Of a stretch of 64,000 nucleotides of DNA, positions 36,059-46,600 are shown in pieces. The notes below the pieces were generated by a model that did not search any database, was not told the origin of the DNA, and was given only the letters and a program-made list of their open reading frames with translations. Where the stretch lies: assembly GCA_049318005.1 (NCBI GenBank), contig JBMOHE010000001.1, positions 117,995 through 181,994 on the forward strand, in the 5' to 3' direction. The stretch is from Patescibacteria group bacterium. Its GTDB lineage: Bacteria; Patescibacteriota; Patescibacteriia; Patescibacteriales; UBA12465. The position numbers were made by a program, and so were the translations under genes. How positions within the stretch are numbered: position 1 is the first letter of the stretch; each line of letters starts with the position of its first letter.

Positions 36059-36146
36059 GGGCCCGGCTAGGTAGCGGAATCGGACTTAACAATCGATTCT
36101 CCGGAGTTCAACTCCCTGCCTGCCGGCAGGCAGGTCCGCGGGTCCA
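36059..36146 (+). ncRNA. Non-canonical tRNA-like cloverleaf RNA, copy 2 (T-stem interrupted by a 20-bp palindrome)
   Basis: Acceptor GGGCCCG/CGGGTCC+A, mini D-arm GCT-AGGT-AGC, arm GAATCGG-ACTTAACAA-TCGATTC, T-arm CGGAG-TTCAACT-C[insert]TCCG; TGTTATAAT at 36039. Confidence 0.65.
36115..36134. repeat. 20-bp perfect palindrome CCTGCCTGCCGGCAGGCAGG (small insertion element)
   Basis: Perfect self-complementarity; its removal restores a perfect 5-bp T-stem. Confidence 0.85.
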
Positions 36147-36179
36147 CAGGGGCTAGTTTATAATTAATATATGCTTCAA

Positions 36180-36208
36180 TTGACTCAGGGAAAATATTTT
36201 GCTATAAT
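36180..36208 (+). promoter_or_regulatory. Sigma70 promoter for small RNA 2
   Basis: TTGACT-17 nt-TATAAT with TG extension. Confidence 0.8.
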
Positions 36209-36214
36209 TATTTT

Positions 36215-36285
36215 ATTGTTAAGTTCGATCTCAACGCTGTCTGGTGTAGAAAATAAATTCCTCCGCAAAAACGGGGGTTTTTATT
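36215..36285 (+). ncRNA. Small RNA complementary to tRNA-like copy 2
   Basis: 36215-36229 pairs with 36079-36093 (one G.U) and 36235-36245 pairs with 36066-36076 (four G.U); ends in CCTCCG/CGGGGG hairpin plus T-run. Confidence 0.6.
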
Positions 36286-38433
36286 TTACTGTTTTACTAT
36301 TTTCAAAAACTCCTCTTCATCTAATATTTCAATACCCAATTTCTTAGCCTTTTCATACTTAGAACCAGGTGCTTCACCGACAACCAAGTAATCTAGATCC
36401 TTAACAACGCTATCTTTCATTTTTCCACCCAATAACTTAATTCTATCTTTAGCTTCATCGCGTGTCAAACTACTTAAACTACCGGTTAAAACAAAGGTTT
36501 TACCGGCTAATTTTAAATTTTTAGCCTCGCTAGAATTAACTTTTTTATAAGTTAAGCTTACGCCGCTTTCTATAAACTTATTTAAAAATTCAAGATTGTG
36601 CTCACTATTCCAAAATTCATAAATACTTTTTGAAACGACCGGGCCAATATCTTCTAGTTTCTCAAGTTCCTCTAAATCTAATTTTTTAAAAACAGTTATT
36701 AAATCACTAATTGAAATTGACTTAGATTTTTTTAGTAATTCAGGGCTTATTTTTTCTGCCAATAATTCAGCACTCTCTTCGCCGACATGTCTTATGCCTA
36801 ATCCATAAATAAATCTGGCTAGATCTAAAACCTTGCGCGAAGCTATCATCGCAATAACATTATCCGCTTTTTTTTCGGCAAATCTTTCTAAACTTAATAA
36901 ATCTTCTTTTTTTATTTTATATAAATCAGCTGCGTCTTTTATTAAACCCTCAGTTAAAAACTGCTCAATTAACTTAGGTCCCAAGCCTTCTAAATCAGCG
37001 GCTCCTTTAGAAACGAAATGGATTATCTGGCGTAGATTTACGGCATAACATTTTTTATTTCGGCAACGATAAGCGACTTCGTCACCGCTACGTTCAACTT
37101 TTCCGCTGCACATAGGACATTCACTAGGAGGAGAGATCTTTTTTTCTTTTCCGTTTCTTAAATTTTTTAAAACCGAAATTACTTTAGGAATAACGTCGCC
37201 TGATCTTTCAATAATTACTGTATCGCCAAGACGTAAATCAAGGCGTTCTATCTCGTCAAAGTTATGAAGAGTTGAACGACCAATAATCGCCCCGCCAACT
37301 TTTATCGGTTCTAAAATGGCAGTTGGTGTTAAGGCGCCAGTTCGCCCTACTTGCCAAACAATATCGTTAATTTTCGTTGTTGCCTGTTCCGCCGAAAACT
37401 TATACGCCATCATGTATCTCGGCGCTTTGCCAACAATCCCTAAAACATTCCACATTCTTAAATCATTTATTTTTACAACCGTCCCATCAATATCAAATGG
37501 CAAAGATTCACGTTTTTTTTCAATTTCACCATAAAAAGAAAATACTTCATCTAAATTTTTACAAATTTTATTATGGTGTAAAGTTTTTAGACCAAGTAAG
37601 CCAGCAAGTTTATCGGCTTGATCTCGTCTTGCTATAATTTCTCCGCGTTCATAAGGTTTATTTTCAACGGAATCAAATAATAATAGATCATAGGCATAAA
37701 AATCTAGCTTTCTCTCGGCAGTAATTTTTGCGTCTAGCTGACGAATAGAACCGGCAACGCCATTACGAGTATTAGCGAGTTCCGACTTTCCCAAGGATAA
37801 ATATTTTTTATTGAGCTCCGTAAAAACTTTTTTAGTCATTATTGCTTCGCCACGGATTTCAATTATTCCCTTCTTAATTAAACTAAGAATAGTTTTTATT
37901 TCAGACGCTGAAAATCCGACCGAACTTAATTCTTTTTCACTTGGAATCCTTAACTTCAAAGGAATACTATTTATCGTTCTAATATTACCAGTCACATTTT
38001 CACCAGTTTTTCCATCACCACGCGTTGCCCCCTCAACAAGTAAGCCGTCCTCATATTTTAAATTAATTGCGAGACCATCAAGTTTTAATTCGCAATAATA
38101 TTCTTCTCTTAATTTTCGCTTTAAATAATTATTATTTTTTTCTTCCCAATCAAGCATGTCGCGCTCGATAAAAGCATCGAACAAGGAAATCATCGGCTGA
38201 GAATGAATTGTTTTTTTAAATTTAGATAAAGGTTCGCCCGAGACGCGCTGAGTCGGAGAGTCTGGAGTTATTAATTCCGGAAACTCATTTTCAATTCTAA
38301 ACAATTCCATTTTTAAACTATCGAGCGCTGCGGGCGACATTGACTCCTTATCAAGTACGCTAAAATTATAGCGGTGAATATCAATTTCCGCCTTTAATTT
38401 ATCTAAACGAATTTTAGCTTCAGCTTTTTCCAT
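36286..38433 (-). CDS. ligA: NAD-dependent DNA ligase
   Basis: DSPTQRV, ELKLDGLA, TRGDG, EIRGE, QVGRTG, SGDVIPK, zinc finger, BRCT; likely start MEKAE at 38433. Confidence 0.98.
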   Translation of the reverse strand: MEKAEAKIRLDKLKAEIDIHRYNFSVLDKESMSPAALDSLKMELFRIENEFPELITPDSPTQRVSGEPLSKFKKTIHSQPMISLFDAFIERDMLDWEEKNNNYLKRKLREEYYCELKLDGLAINLKYEDGLLVEGATRGDGKTGENVTGNIRTINSIPLKLRIPSEKELSSVGFSASEIKTILSLIKKGIIEIRGEAIMTKKVFTELNKKYLSLGKSELANTRNGVAGSIRQLDAKITAERKLDFYAYDLLLFDSVENKPYERGEIIARRDQADKLAGLLGLKTLHHNKICKNLDEVFSFYGEIEKKRESLPFDIDGTVVKINDLRMWNVLGIVGKAPRYMMAYKFSAEQATTKINDIVWQVGRTGALTPTAILEPIKVGGAIIGRSTLHNFDEIERLDLRLGDTVIIERSGDVIPKVISVLKNLRNGKEKKISPPSECPMCSGKVERSGDEVAYRCRNKKCYAVNLRQIIHFVSKGAADLEGLGPKLIEQFLTEGLIKDAADLYKIKKEDLLSLERFAEKKADNVIAMIASRKVLDLARFIYGLGIRHVGEESAELLAEKISPELLKKSKSISISDLITVFKKLDLEELEKLEDIGPVVSKSIYEFWNSEHNLEFLNKFIESGVSLTYKKVNSSEAKNLKLAGKTFVLTGSLSSLTRDEAKDRIKLLGGKMKDSVVKDLDYLVVGEAPGSKYEKAKKLGIEILDEEEFLKIVKQ

Positions 38434-38449
38434 AAGCATATTATAACAC

Positions 38450-38476
38450 AAAAGCCCTGCTTTTGGCAGGGCTTTT
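38450..38476. terminator. Intrinsic terminator
   Basis: AAAAGCCCTGC-TTTTG-GCAGGGCTTTT. Confidence 0.85.
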
Positions 38477-38493
38477 TACGTATTTTTTAAATT

Positions 38494-38730
38494 TTATTGA
38501 GCAGGAGTGGCCTCAGCGCCATTAGTAGCACCAGTTTTATTAGCACCAGTAGCCTGGTTTATAAAAGCGACAATTTCGTTAACTGCTTTTGTGTTTTGAG
38601 CAGTTGCCTGTTGAAGTTGAACTAAGGCGGCGCTAGCGTTATTTAAACGTGCGCTAAACTGCCAAAAAATCATTATTAAAACGCCAGCAACAATACCAGC
38701 AATTAAAGGAAGCATTATTTCTCTTTTCAT
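38494..38730 (-). CDS. Small single-TM coiled-coil protein
   Basis: Likely start MKREIML at 38730; TM, then coiled coil ending IVAFINQA. Confidence 0.7.
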   Translation of the reverse strand: MKREIMLPLIAGIVAGVLIMIFWQFSARLNNASAALVQLQQATAQNTKAVNEIVAFINQATGANKTGATNGAEATPAQ

Positions 38731-38755
38731 AGATTTTTGATTATTTATTATTTTA

Positions 38756-38956
38756 TTATTTAGTCTGGGCATTTGAGGCGGAATTAATGAAATTAACGAT
38801 TGAGCTAATTTTAGCTGCGTCATCAACAGTTGTTTGTTGAACGGCAATTATTCCTTTATCCATACGGTTTAAAGAAATAAAAACATAAACGAACATAGCC
38901 GCTACTAGAAGAACAGCGATGCCGCCGATGATTGGACCGACAAGTGATTTTTTCAT
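38756..38956 (-). CDS. Small single-TM coiled-coil protein (similar to its neighbour)
   Basis: Likely start MKKSLVG at 38956; TM, then coiled coil ending IVNFINSA. Confidence 0.7.
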   Translation of the reverse strand: MKKSLVGPIIGGIAVLLVAAMFVYVFISLNRMDKGIIAVQQTTVDDAAKISSIVNFINSASNAQTK

Positions 38957-39051
38957 AATAGATATGGTTATTTTATTAATTAATTTTATTATAGCAATTT
39001 TAAAAAAGAGGGTCAAATTTGAGATATTTAAACCGCTCTTCTTCAATTTTA

Positions 39052-42000
39052 TTATTTTCTACGTTCTAAAATTTTAATTCTGGCTTCAAGATTATTTATT
39101 TCTTTCTGCTGAGCCTTAACTGCCTCAACTAAAGGAGCAACTAAGTTTCCGTATTGAACAGATTTTATCCCATTAGCCTCAGTTACTAATTCAGGGAAAA
39201 CAGTTTCAACTTCTTGAGCGATTAAACCAACGCTCGCCTTATTATCCGCTTTCCAGTTAAAGGTAACGCCACGTAAATTTAAAATTTTATTAAGCGGATT
39301 TTTAATTGTTTCAATATTTTTCTTTAAGCTACGATCAGAAGTATAAGTAAACGCAGTTGCGCCAACCTCTCCAGCGACCGTTAATTTATATCCTGGAGTA
39401 GTGGTTCCGATTCCGACGTCACCGCCATTAGGATTAATTAATGTATTCTTCCACGCTATTCCATCGTCAATTGATTGAATCATTCCGGCATCAGCCGTAG
39501 TCAAATACCCCAGAGAGATTGATTTAGTATTATCGGCCGAATCGGCGACCGATAAGATCTTTGACATTGCTGGCGTCTCAACATTATTAGAACCAACAAC
39601 TGTCAATGGTTTATCGGGGTTCGTTGTCCCAATTCCAATTCTACCAGAGGAGTTAATTCTCAAACGTTCAAGACCATTCGTATATAAAGCGGTTATACCA
39701 TGAGTAAATGTCCCGGCATTTTTATTTATTTGTCCGATAGCAAGGACGCCAGCAGCGGCACCGGCCATCCCTGGCGTGTAGCCAATCGCAACCTGTTTAT
39801 CCCAGTCATAAGAAGTTCCTAAAAATATCTGACTAGTCCCTGTTGGATTAAATAACCATAAACCAGCCGTTCCACTATCTGAATATATTTTTGAGGCATT
39901 AGCGCCAGCAAATTTCAATCCACCACTACTGTTAACTGGAGTTATATTAACGTCGCCATTAATATCTAACTTCGATGTTGGGTTAGTAACACCAACTCCT
40001 AAATTCTTATTTATGATTACTTTACCGCTGTTTAAATCCGAATAAAAATATCCTCCGCCATAATAAGCTCTATTATTTTGACGGTCCATAACGGCTATAG
40101 TGTAGCCATTATTATCATCATAAATACCAACCTCATCATCACTGTAATTGTTATTATTACCAATAAATAATCCAGCGCCCGTTGAATTAGTATTAGCTCC
40201 GATTACTGAACTACCATATATATAGGTATTTCCCCAGGCGTCAATTCTCATTCTATTTGTTATAGTTCCGCCAGTGCTTGTCGTCCTAAAGTTAAGAGAT
40301 GCATTATTATCAGCTCCTGAATCAAAATATACTTGACCCTGATAATCAGTCGCTGAATTGTTATACAGTTGAAAACCAGCTCCGGAAGGAGTGCCTGTTA
40401 GGGCGGCCGTAGAAGCATAAATTCTTATTGCCTTAGCATTAACGCTACCTAAATTAATATCAACTGGTTGAGCAGCTCCTGTGCCACTTGTATCTAGTTT
40501 AATCCCATCATATGTACCTGCATTATTTTTAATATGTAAAGGTGCTAAAGGATTCGTCGTTCCAATGCCGACTTTACCAGCAGCCGATATTCTCATTTTT
40601 TCCGTACTGCCATCAGCAACTCCGTATCCATAAGAATTTCTTGTCCAAAATGATAAATCGCCATCAGGATACCCAGTGCTAGGATTCCAGGTTGACGATC
40701 TAGAGGAGACTATTTTTCCTGCTGTTGAGTTTGCTGTGTCAATAAAGTTTATTTGACCTATTGTATTATTACTTAAAGCTGTATGAGCGGTGTTGGTGTC
40801 CTGCATTTTAAATACAGGGGAAGCCCCCGATGAAGATCCGCTTACATGTAGTGCTGAACCAGGATTAGTCGTCCCAATGCCGACATTGCCCGTGAATCTA
40901 TCGGCATAAAACATTGGATCACCTCCAACTGATGCATATGGCAACATCTGAATTTTATTTTCATCAACTGTGAAAAATTCCATCGGATTATTATCAAAGA
41001 CACTCAAGCTTCCGGAGCCATCACCTCCACCCAGAGTGAGCATAGAGCTCGGTTCATTTCCAGCTCCTAATCCAAGCCCGAGGTATCCTAACGATGAAAT
41101 TTTAACCTTTTCTTGATTATTAATATTCCAAGAGTAATGAGCGCCACTAGGAATCATGAAATCAAATTGAGTAGGCGAGACTCCTAGGCCATAAACATCA
41201 ACACCAGATTCATATAATTTTAACTTAGCATTTCCGCTAGCTACATTACTATAAGTTCCACCTAATGACATATTTTTAGGGGTTGTGGTTGCGCTAGATG
41301 TTAAAGTTCCTATCTGTAAGTTTGACAAAGGATTAGTCGTTCCAATTCCAACGTTTCCTCCGCCAGAAGTTCCATTCCAAATATTTCCATTTGGAGTTCC
41401 TCCCCAAAGAGAATTACTAGCTACGGTGCTTGTTGAAGTATAATTATTTTTTAGATAAGCAAGTGAGACTGCTTGATCATCATTAACTTGAGTATAATCA
41501 AGTCCACCAATTTGACCGCCACCAACATTAATCGCGTCGCCAGAAGATGGCTTAGAAACACTTAATTTAATACTAGGATTTGTTATCCCGATTCCGACAT
41601 TTCCATCACCTTTAACAATAAAAGCGCTTCCACTGTTAGAATTTTGAACGTTTAAAATATTTGACGAAGGAGTTACTGCTCCGCCTTTTATTAACATGCC
41701 CCATGCTTGAGCGCCGGAATAACTTTGGTTGTCAAACGTAAAAGCATATTGATTGCTAGGATTAGAGACGTTTTGAGCTAATACAACGTGCAATTTTCCA
41801 ACGGGCGCGACTGTTCCAATTCCAACGGATCCCGATGATTGCAAAATCATATTATCCGAACTGGACTTATAAATATAGTTAGTACTATTATCTCCTAAAT
41901 CAATCGCTCCACCTAAAGCCAAAACCTTGGTTATACCAGAAATTGGAGTATTTAGAGTACTACCGATAAATACCAGCCCATTGCCATTTCCAGCGAATCC

Positions 42001-42744
42001 AACATAGCCACTACTACCTCTGAATATCCCAGTACCCGTTTCCCCAGAAAATGTATAAGATGGAGCTGCCGCAGAACCAACAGGAACAGCGACTTGCCCA
42101 CTTCCTAATACTAATTTACTGCCTGGATTAGTTGTACCAATTCCGATGTTACCACCTCTTAAAATAGTTAACCAATCGCCAGCACCCCAAAAGCGAAGAC
42201 TATTGTCAGCGCTGTTATTATACATGCCCCAGTGATTGTTAGTTCCAGCAACACCTTGAATATCCAATTCAGCATTACCACTAGTTTTATATAAGTGTAG
42301 TAATGAGTTTGGATTAGTTATCCCGACGCCGACGTTACCACCACTAATAATTCTCATCCATTCCGTCGTGCCATTATTACTGCTGAAAATAGTTGCGTCG
42401 CCCGTTCCACTCTGAAGGACTAATTGGTTAGAAGCGTTTAATAGTATTTCTCCATCTTCAACTAAATTATTAGAATTTCTCCAAGTTAAGCTACTGCTAT
42501 TACTTAGACCAATACTTCCACCTAACACTTGAAATTTAGTTGAAGGCGTCGTTGTTCCAATTCCAACTGGATTATTATAATAAATTGAGCTGCCGTTGGT
42601 CGTCCATTGACTCCACTGGCTGTTCTCCCCTGTTGGCGAAGTAATATAAGCCGCCTTCGTAAAAGGGACCTTACTTGTCGCCGCAAAGACAAAGAGAAGA
42701 AGTAGAAATATAATTCCCCTCAAATTTATTATTTTTGATTTCAT
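39052..42744 (-). CDS. Secreted trimeric fibre-like protein with C-terminal intramolecular chaperone (peptidase S74-like)
   Basis: Signal peptide, many GNVGIGTTNP repeats, C-terminal TSDRSLKKNIETI...LRGVTFNWK...GLIAQEVE..FPELV...YGNLVAPLVEAVK. Confidence 0.85.
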   Translation of the reverse strand: MKSKIINLRGIIFLLLLFVFAATSKVPFTKAAYITSPTGENSQWSQWTTNGSSIYYNNPVGIGTTTPSTKFQVLGGSIGLSNSSSLTWRNSNNLVEDGEILLNASNQLVLQSGTGDATIFSSNNGTTEWMRIISGGNVGVGITNPNSLLHLYKTSGNAELDIQGVAGTNNHWGMYNNSADNSLRFWGAGDWLTILRGGNIGIGTTNPGSKLVLGSGQVAVPVGSAAAPSYTFSGETGTGIFRGSSGYVGFAGNGNGLVFIGSTLNTPISGITKVLALGGAIDLGDNSTNYIYKSSSDNMILQSSGSVGIGTVAPVGKLHVVLAQNVSNPSNQYAFTFDNQSYSGAQAWGMLIKGGAVTPSSNILNVQNSNSGSAFIVKGDGNVGIGITNPSIKLSVSKPSSGDAINVGGGQIGGLDYTQVNDDQAVSLAYLKNNYTSTSTVASNSLWGGTPNGNIWNGTSGGGNVGIGTTNPLSNLQIGTLTSSATTTPKNMSLGGTYSNVASGNAKLKLYESGVDVYGLGVSPTQFDFMIPSGAHYSWNINNQEKVKISSLGYLGLGLGAGNEPSSMLTLGGGDGSGSLSVFDNNPMEFFTVDENKIQMLPYASVGGDPMFYADRFTGNVGIGTTNPGSALHVSGSSSGASPVFKMQDTNTAHTALSNNTIGQINFIDTANSTAGKIVSSRSSTWNPSTGYPDGDLSFWTRNSYGYGVADGSTEKMRISAAGKVGIGTTNPLAPLHIKNNAGTYDGIKLDTSGTGAAQPVDINLGSVNAKAIRIYASTAALTGTPSGAGFQLYNNSATDYQGQVYFDSGADNNASLNFRTTSTGGTITNRMRIDAWGNTYIYGSSVIGANTNSTGAGLFIGNNNNYSDDEVGIYDDNNGYTIAVMDRQNNRAYYGGGYFYSDLNSGKVIINKNLGVGVTNPTSKLDINGDVNITPVNSSGGLKFAGANASKIYSDSGTAGLWLFNPTGTSQIFLGTSYDWDKQVAIGYTPGMAGAAAGVLAIGQINKNAGTFTHGITALYTNGLERLRINSSGRIGIGTTNPDKPLTVVGSNNVETPAMSKILSVADSADNTKSISLGYLTTADAGMIQSIDDGIAWKNTLINPNGGDVGIGTTTPGYKLTVAGEVGATAFTYTSDRSLKKNIETIKNPLNKILNLRGVTFNWKADNKASVGLIAQEVETVFPELVTEANGIKSVQYGNLVAPLVEAVKAQQKEINNLEARIKILERRK

Positions 42745-42807
42745 AATATTAACTCTACGAATTATTTCGCAAAAATTACCCAAGCACTAAACTAAATTTA
42801 TCAAAAT

Positions 42808-43542
42808 TTATTTAACAATCATTTTGCCAACTGCGCCTTGAGCTCGGTGATCAAACATTGAAGAATAGAAAGCATATTCACCAGCCTTAGCAGGGGCATT
42901 GAAAGTAATTGACTTTGTTTCACCCTTAGCTAGACCAATAACTACACCACCTAAAGATGGGTCATCGAAACGAAATATTTCTGAAAAAGTAGTTTCATTA
43001 ACATTAGTAACTACTAAAGAAACAACTTGACCACGATTAACTGTAAATGAGTTAGGAGCAAAGCTGCTGCTAGTAACATTTAATTTGATAGCTGATGCTG
43101 GAGCTTCTTTAATATCCATTGGGAAAGATTCTGAAGGAGCTTGTGGGCTTGATGGTTTAGCTGAGTTATTAGCTGTTTGACCGAGCTCAGTTAAAACTTT
43201 ACCACTAGTCATATCGACTGGACTTGTTCCAGGGTTAATAGTCATAACTTTAACTTCTCTAACAGTAGTTGTAGTTGCTCCGTTTGTTGGAGGAACCATA
43301 ACACTAATAGTTTTAGTTGTACTTGTTCCCTTGTCACCAATTACTTCATTAAGTAATTTTTCAGTTTCCTTAGCAGCTTCTGGAGTTTGGTTAGCTAACA
43401 TGTCTTCAGTAACTTTAGCTTTTTCACCAGGAGTTACGCCAACTAAATTACTTGATTTTGGTTTAGTGATTAAAAAGATTAACGCGCCAACGACAACTAC
43501 TGCCAAAACAATAGCGCCGATGATTTTAGAATTTTTGTTCAT
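42808..43542 (-). CDS. Membrane-anchored cupredoxin-domain protein
   Basis: N-terminal TM; FAPNSFTVNRGQVV...AGEYAFYSSMFDHRAQGAVGKMIVK; the Cu-ligand Cys appears replaced by Ser. Confidence 0.75.
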   Translation of the reverse strand: MNKNSKIIGAIVLAVVVVGALIFLITKPKSSNLVGVTPGEKAKVTEDMLANQTPEAAKETEKLLNEVIGDKGTSTTKTISVMVPPTNGATTTTVREVKVMTINPGTSPVDMTSGKVLTELGQTANNSAKPSSPQAPSESFPMDIKEAPASAIKLNVTSSSFAPNSFTVNRGQVVSLVVTNVNETTFSEIFRFDDPSLGGVVIGLAKGETKSITFNAPAKAGEYAFYSSMFDHRAQGAVGKMIVK

Positions 43543-43609
43543 ATTTTTTTAATTATTTAATAAAGTTTTATCTTTAACTTTATTTTTAATTTATTATTAT
43601 CTATTAAAA

Positions 43610-46600
43610 TTATAACACGAACCAAGAAACTACTCCAGCCTCTGTTCTATTACAGAATATATAAACTGAGTTATGCGCACTCTTAAGTTCAAATGTAGCT
43701 ACTCCAAGTATTTTTGAATCGCCCACTGGATCAATAATTATTTTATTAATTGATGAAGCACTACCACTTTCATCAACAACGATGTAGAACTTCCCCGCAG
43801 CAGTACAATTAGGAATATTCAAAGTATTAGCACCGCTTAGAGAGGTATAACCAATAATTGAGTCCGTCGAAGAAGCAGTAATCGTCCCGCCAGCACCAAC
43901 TACAGAACGATGACTTAAAGTTAACTCTGAATATTTTGGATTAAAATTACTATCAAGATAGCTCTTTGAAACTGCTTCATCGTTTGTTATTGGAGTTAAA
44001 TTAAGTCCAGTTAATCTCCCGCCATTAACTCTCAAAATTTCACCTGTCCAACCGCCGCTAATAGCATCCCAAGCTCCACCAGAAAGACTAAGTCTAACTC
44101 CTGGAGTAGTTGTTCCAATTCCGACGTAACCAGAGCTATCAATAAGTAACTTACTAGTCCCATTAGTAGAAAAATCTAAACTTGAATTATATTCAAAAGC
44201 TCTATCGCTGATTTCAAAACCACCAACTTGCATTACGCCGGCCGCATTAAAATTAACAATAATTAATGGTTTAATATAACGCGTTCCGACTGGAAATTGA
44301 TTTGAATTAGTACCCTCACCTTTTATTTTATTATAATACCAAGCTCCAGTTGAAGCCGGGTTAGCGGCACTAGCAATAAAATAACCTCTAGTTCCACCAT
44401 TACCAGCGATAGCAACCCCATCTTTATCATAGGCAGTATATCCAGCATAAAAAACACCCGTGCCCGAAACTTTCGCTGCCCAAATTTTTCCGTAATAAGT
44501 TACATTTGGGTCAATAGGAATAAGTTGATCAATCACATATCCGCCCCCACTAGTTGTATCGAATTGATGAACTTTACCGGTTGGAACAACTGCTCCAGCT
44601 GGAGCGTCAACTATAGTTATGCTTGCCGTCGTAGACCAAACTTCTGGAAGCCAAAAATTTGTTCTTGTTTTCCAGGCGTCAGCTGAGATGGCAATTAAAT
44701 TTGAGCCTGAAGATCCACCAACGCTAGTTCTTAAATAACCGCCAACTAATCTAAAATCTCCATTCGAATCTATTCTAACTTTTTCGATGCCATTAATATT
44801 CCAAGAATATCCGGCATTAGCTGGCGCCATAAAATCAAACTGATTAGCCGACACGCCCATGCCATAAAAATTTACTCCATTATCAAATAATTTTAATTTT
44901 GGGTTAGCGCCGGCGACACTACTATAAGTTCCACCTAAAGATAAAGCTAATGGAGTTATGGTCGCCGCTGTTGTAGTAGCGCCAATTTGTAATTTTGAGA
45001 GAGGGTTCGTTACCCCAATACCGATATTGCCTGAATTAGCGCTCCACATGTCGCCAGTAAGAGAGCCTGCCCAAAATTTTGTCGTAGTTGAGTTGTAGTT
45101 ATTTTTTAAATAATAGAGAGAAACAGCTTGATCATCATTAATTTGAGTTAGAGAGAGCCCGCCAATCTGACCGCCACCAACGTTTATCGTGTCGCCAGAA
45201 GAAGCTTGAGAAATGCTCAGCTTAGTATTTGGGGTAGTCGAGCCAATGCCGACATAGCCATTATCCTGAATAGTAAATAAATCTGCTATGACTCCTGCCG
45301 TATCCTTAGCTATTCTGTATTGCCAACCAGTCCCATCGGTCCCAAATGTTTGACGCACACTAACCGGACTCAAGGATACACTTCCGAGTAACTGTCCGGA
45401 ATGAATAGAACCCACAGTTAAAGCTCCGAAAGTTATATCACCACTTGTGTGTAATTTTGTTTTTGGATCAGTTACTCCAATTCCGACACTACCTTCAACA
45501 ATTAGTCCAGAAGTCGGAGCCGCTATTGCTCCATAAGTCGCACCTATAGAAGCGTTACCTAAAACACCTAATTGAGATAGTGGTTTAATAGCACCTATCC
45601 CAACCTTACCACCCAAGAAAACAGCGTTTCCTTCAGCTGACAAAGAAAAAGGACCCTTGCCAGATCTCTGACCGTTAAAAATTTGAACGTTAGCTAATTT
45701 AGCAGTTGTTTCTCCTGATTGCGGGGCTGTAGCAGTTATTCTAACCCACTTCCCTGAACCACTGATGACACTACTCTTATAATATAAAGCCGAGGTATAG
45801 CCAGTAACATCATCAACAGTTGTCCAAGTAACGCCATCCGAACTGGCCTCAACTAAAAAACTGGCTGGTAACTTCGCTCCTCCTCCATCCGGATAATTAT
45901 GAACATTGGCCGCCGTAAATGACATGCCAGCATAAGTCCACCAACCGCGAGTATTAAAAGTAATGGTTGCAGGAAAGCTAGGAATATTCCAATAGCCTGA
46001 TCCATTTTTAGCAGTTGGACCACCATTTACTAAAGTTCCAGCAGTAATAGTTATGTCAGCCGCTTGAGCAACTTCACTTAAACCAGCAATTTCAATAATA
46101 TTACCAGCCACGATACTAGCATTAACGCCGTCATTAGTCCCAACCTCTAATTTTACTCTCGGGTTCGTTGTCCCAATTCCAACATTACCAGCAAGCGGAT
46201 TTAGAAGAAGGTTTGTTCCATTGCCTACTAAATAACTATAGTTAGTTCCCTCGCCCAATCTTATTCCGCCAGTCGCCGCTACTCCATTAGAGCCAAATGC
46301 GCTTAAGGCATTAGGAGAAAGTAAAACGCGAGAGCTAGCTTGATATAAAATATTTAGAACATCATTATTGGCTCCACTTTTTATAATAGTATTATTAGAT
46401 GTGCTTGTGCCGATTATAACGCTGCCAGTGTTAGCGTTCCACATATCACCAGCAAGTGAGCCTTTCCAGAAACTAGTTGTTGTGGCATTATAATTATCCT
46501 GAAGATAGGCAAGAGAAACTGCTTGATCGCGAGAAACCTGAACACTATTAAGTCCGCCCACTTGACCACCAGCCACATTAATAACTTGGTTAGAAGTTGT

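Noticed and set aside
35510-36146. tmRNA (one- or two-piece)
   Set aside because: The alanine-type acceptor and T-arm resemble the tmRNA tRNA-like domain, but both acceptor strands lie within about 68 nt, with no tag reading frame or pseudoknots, and the unit occurs twice.
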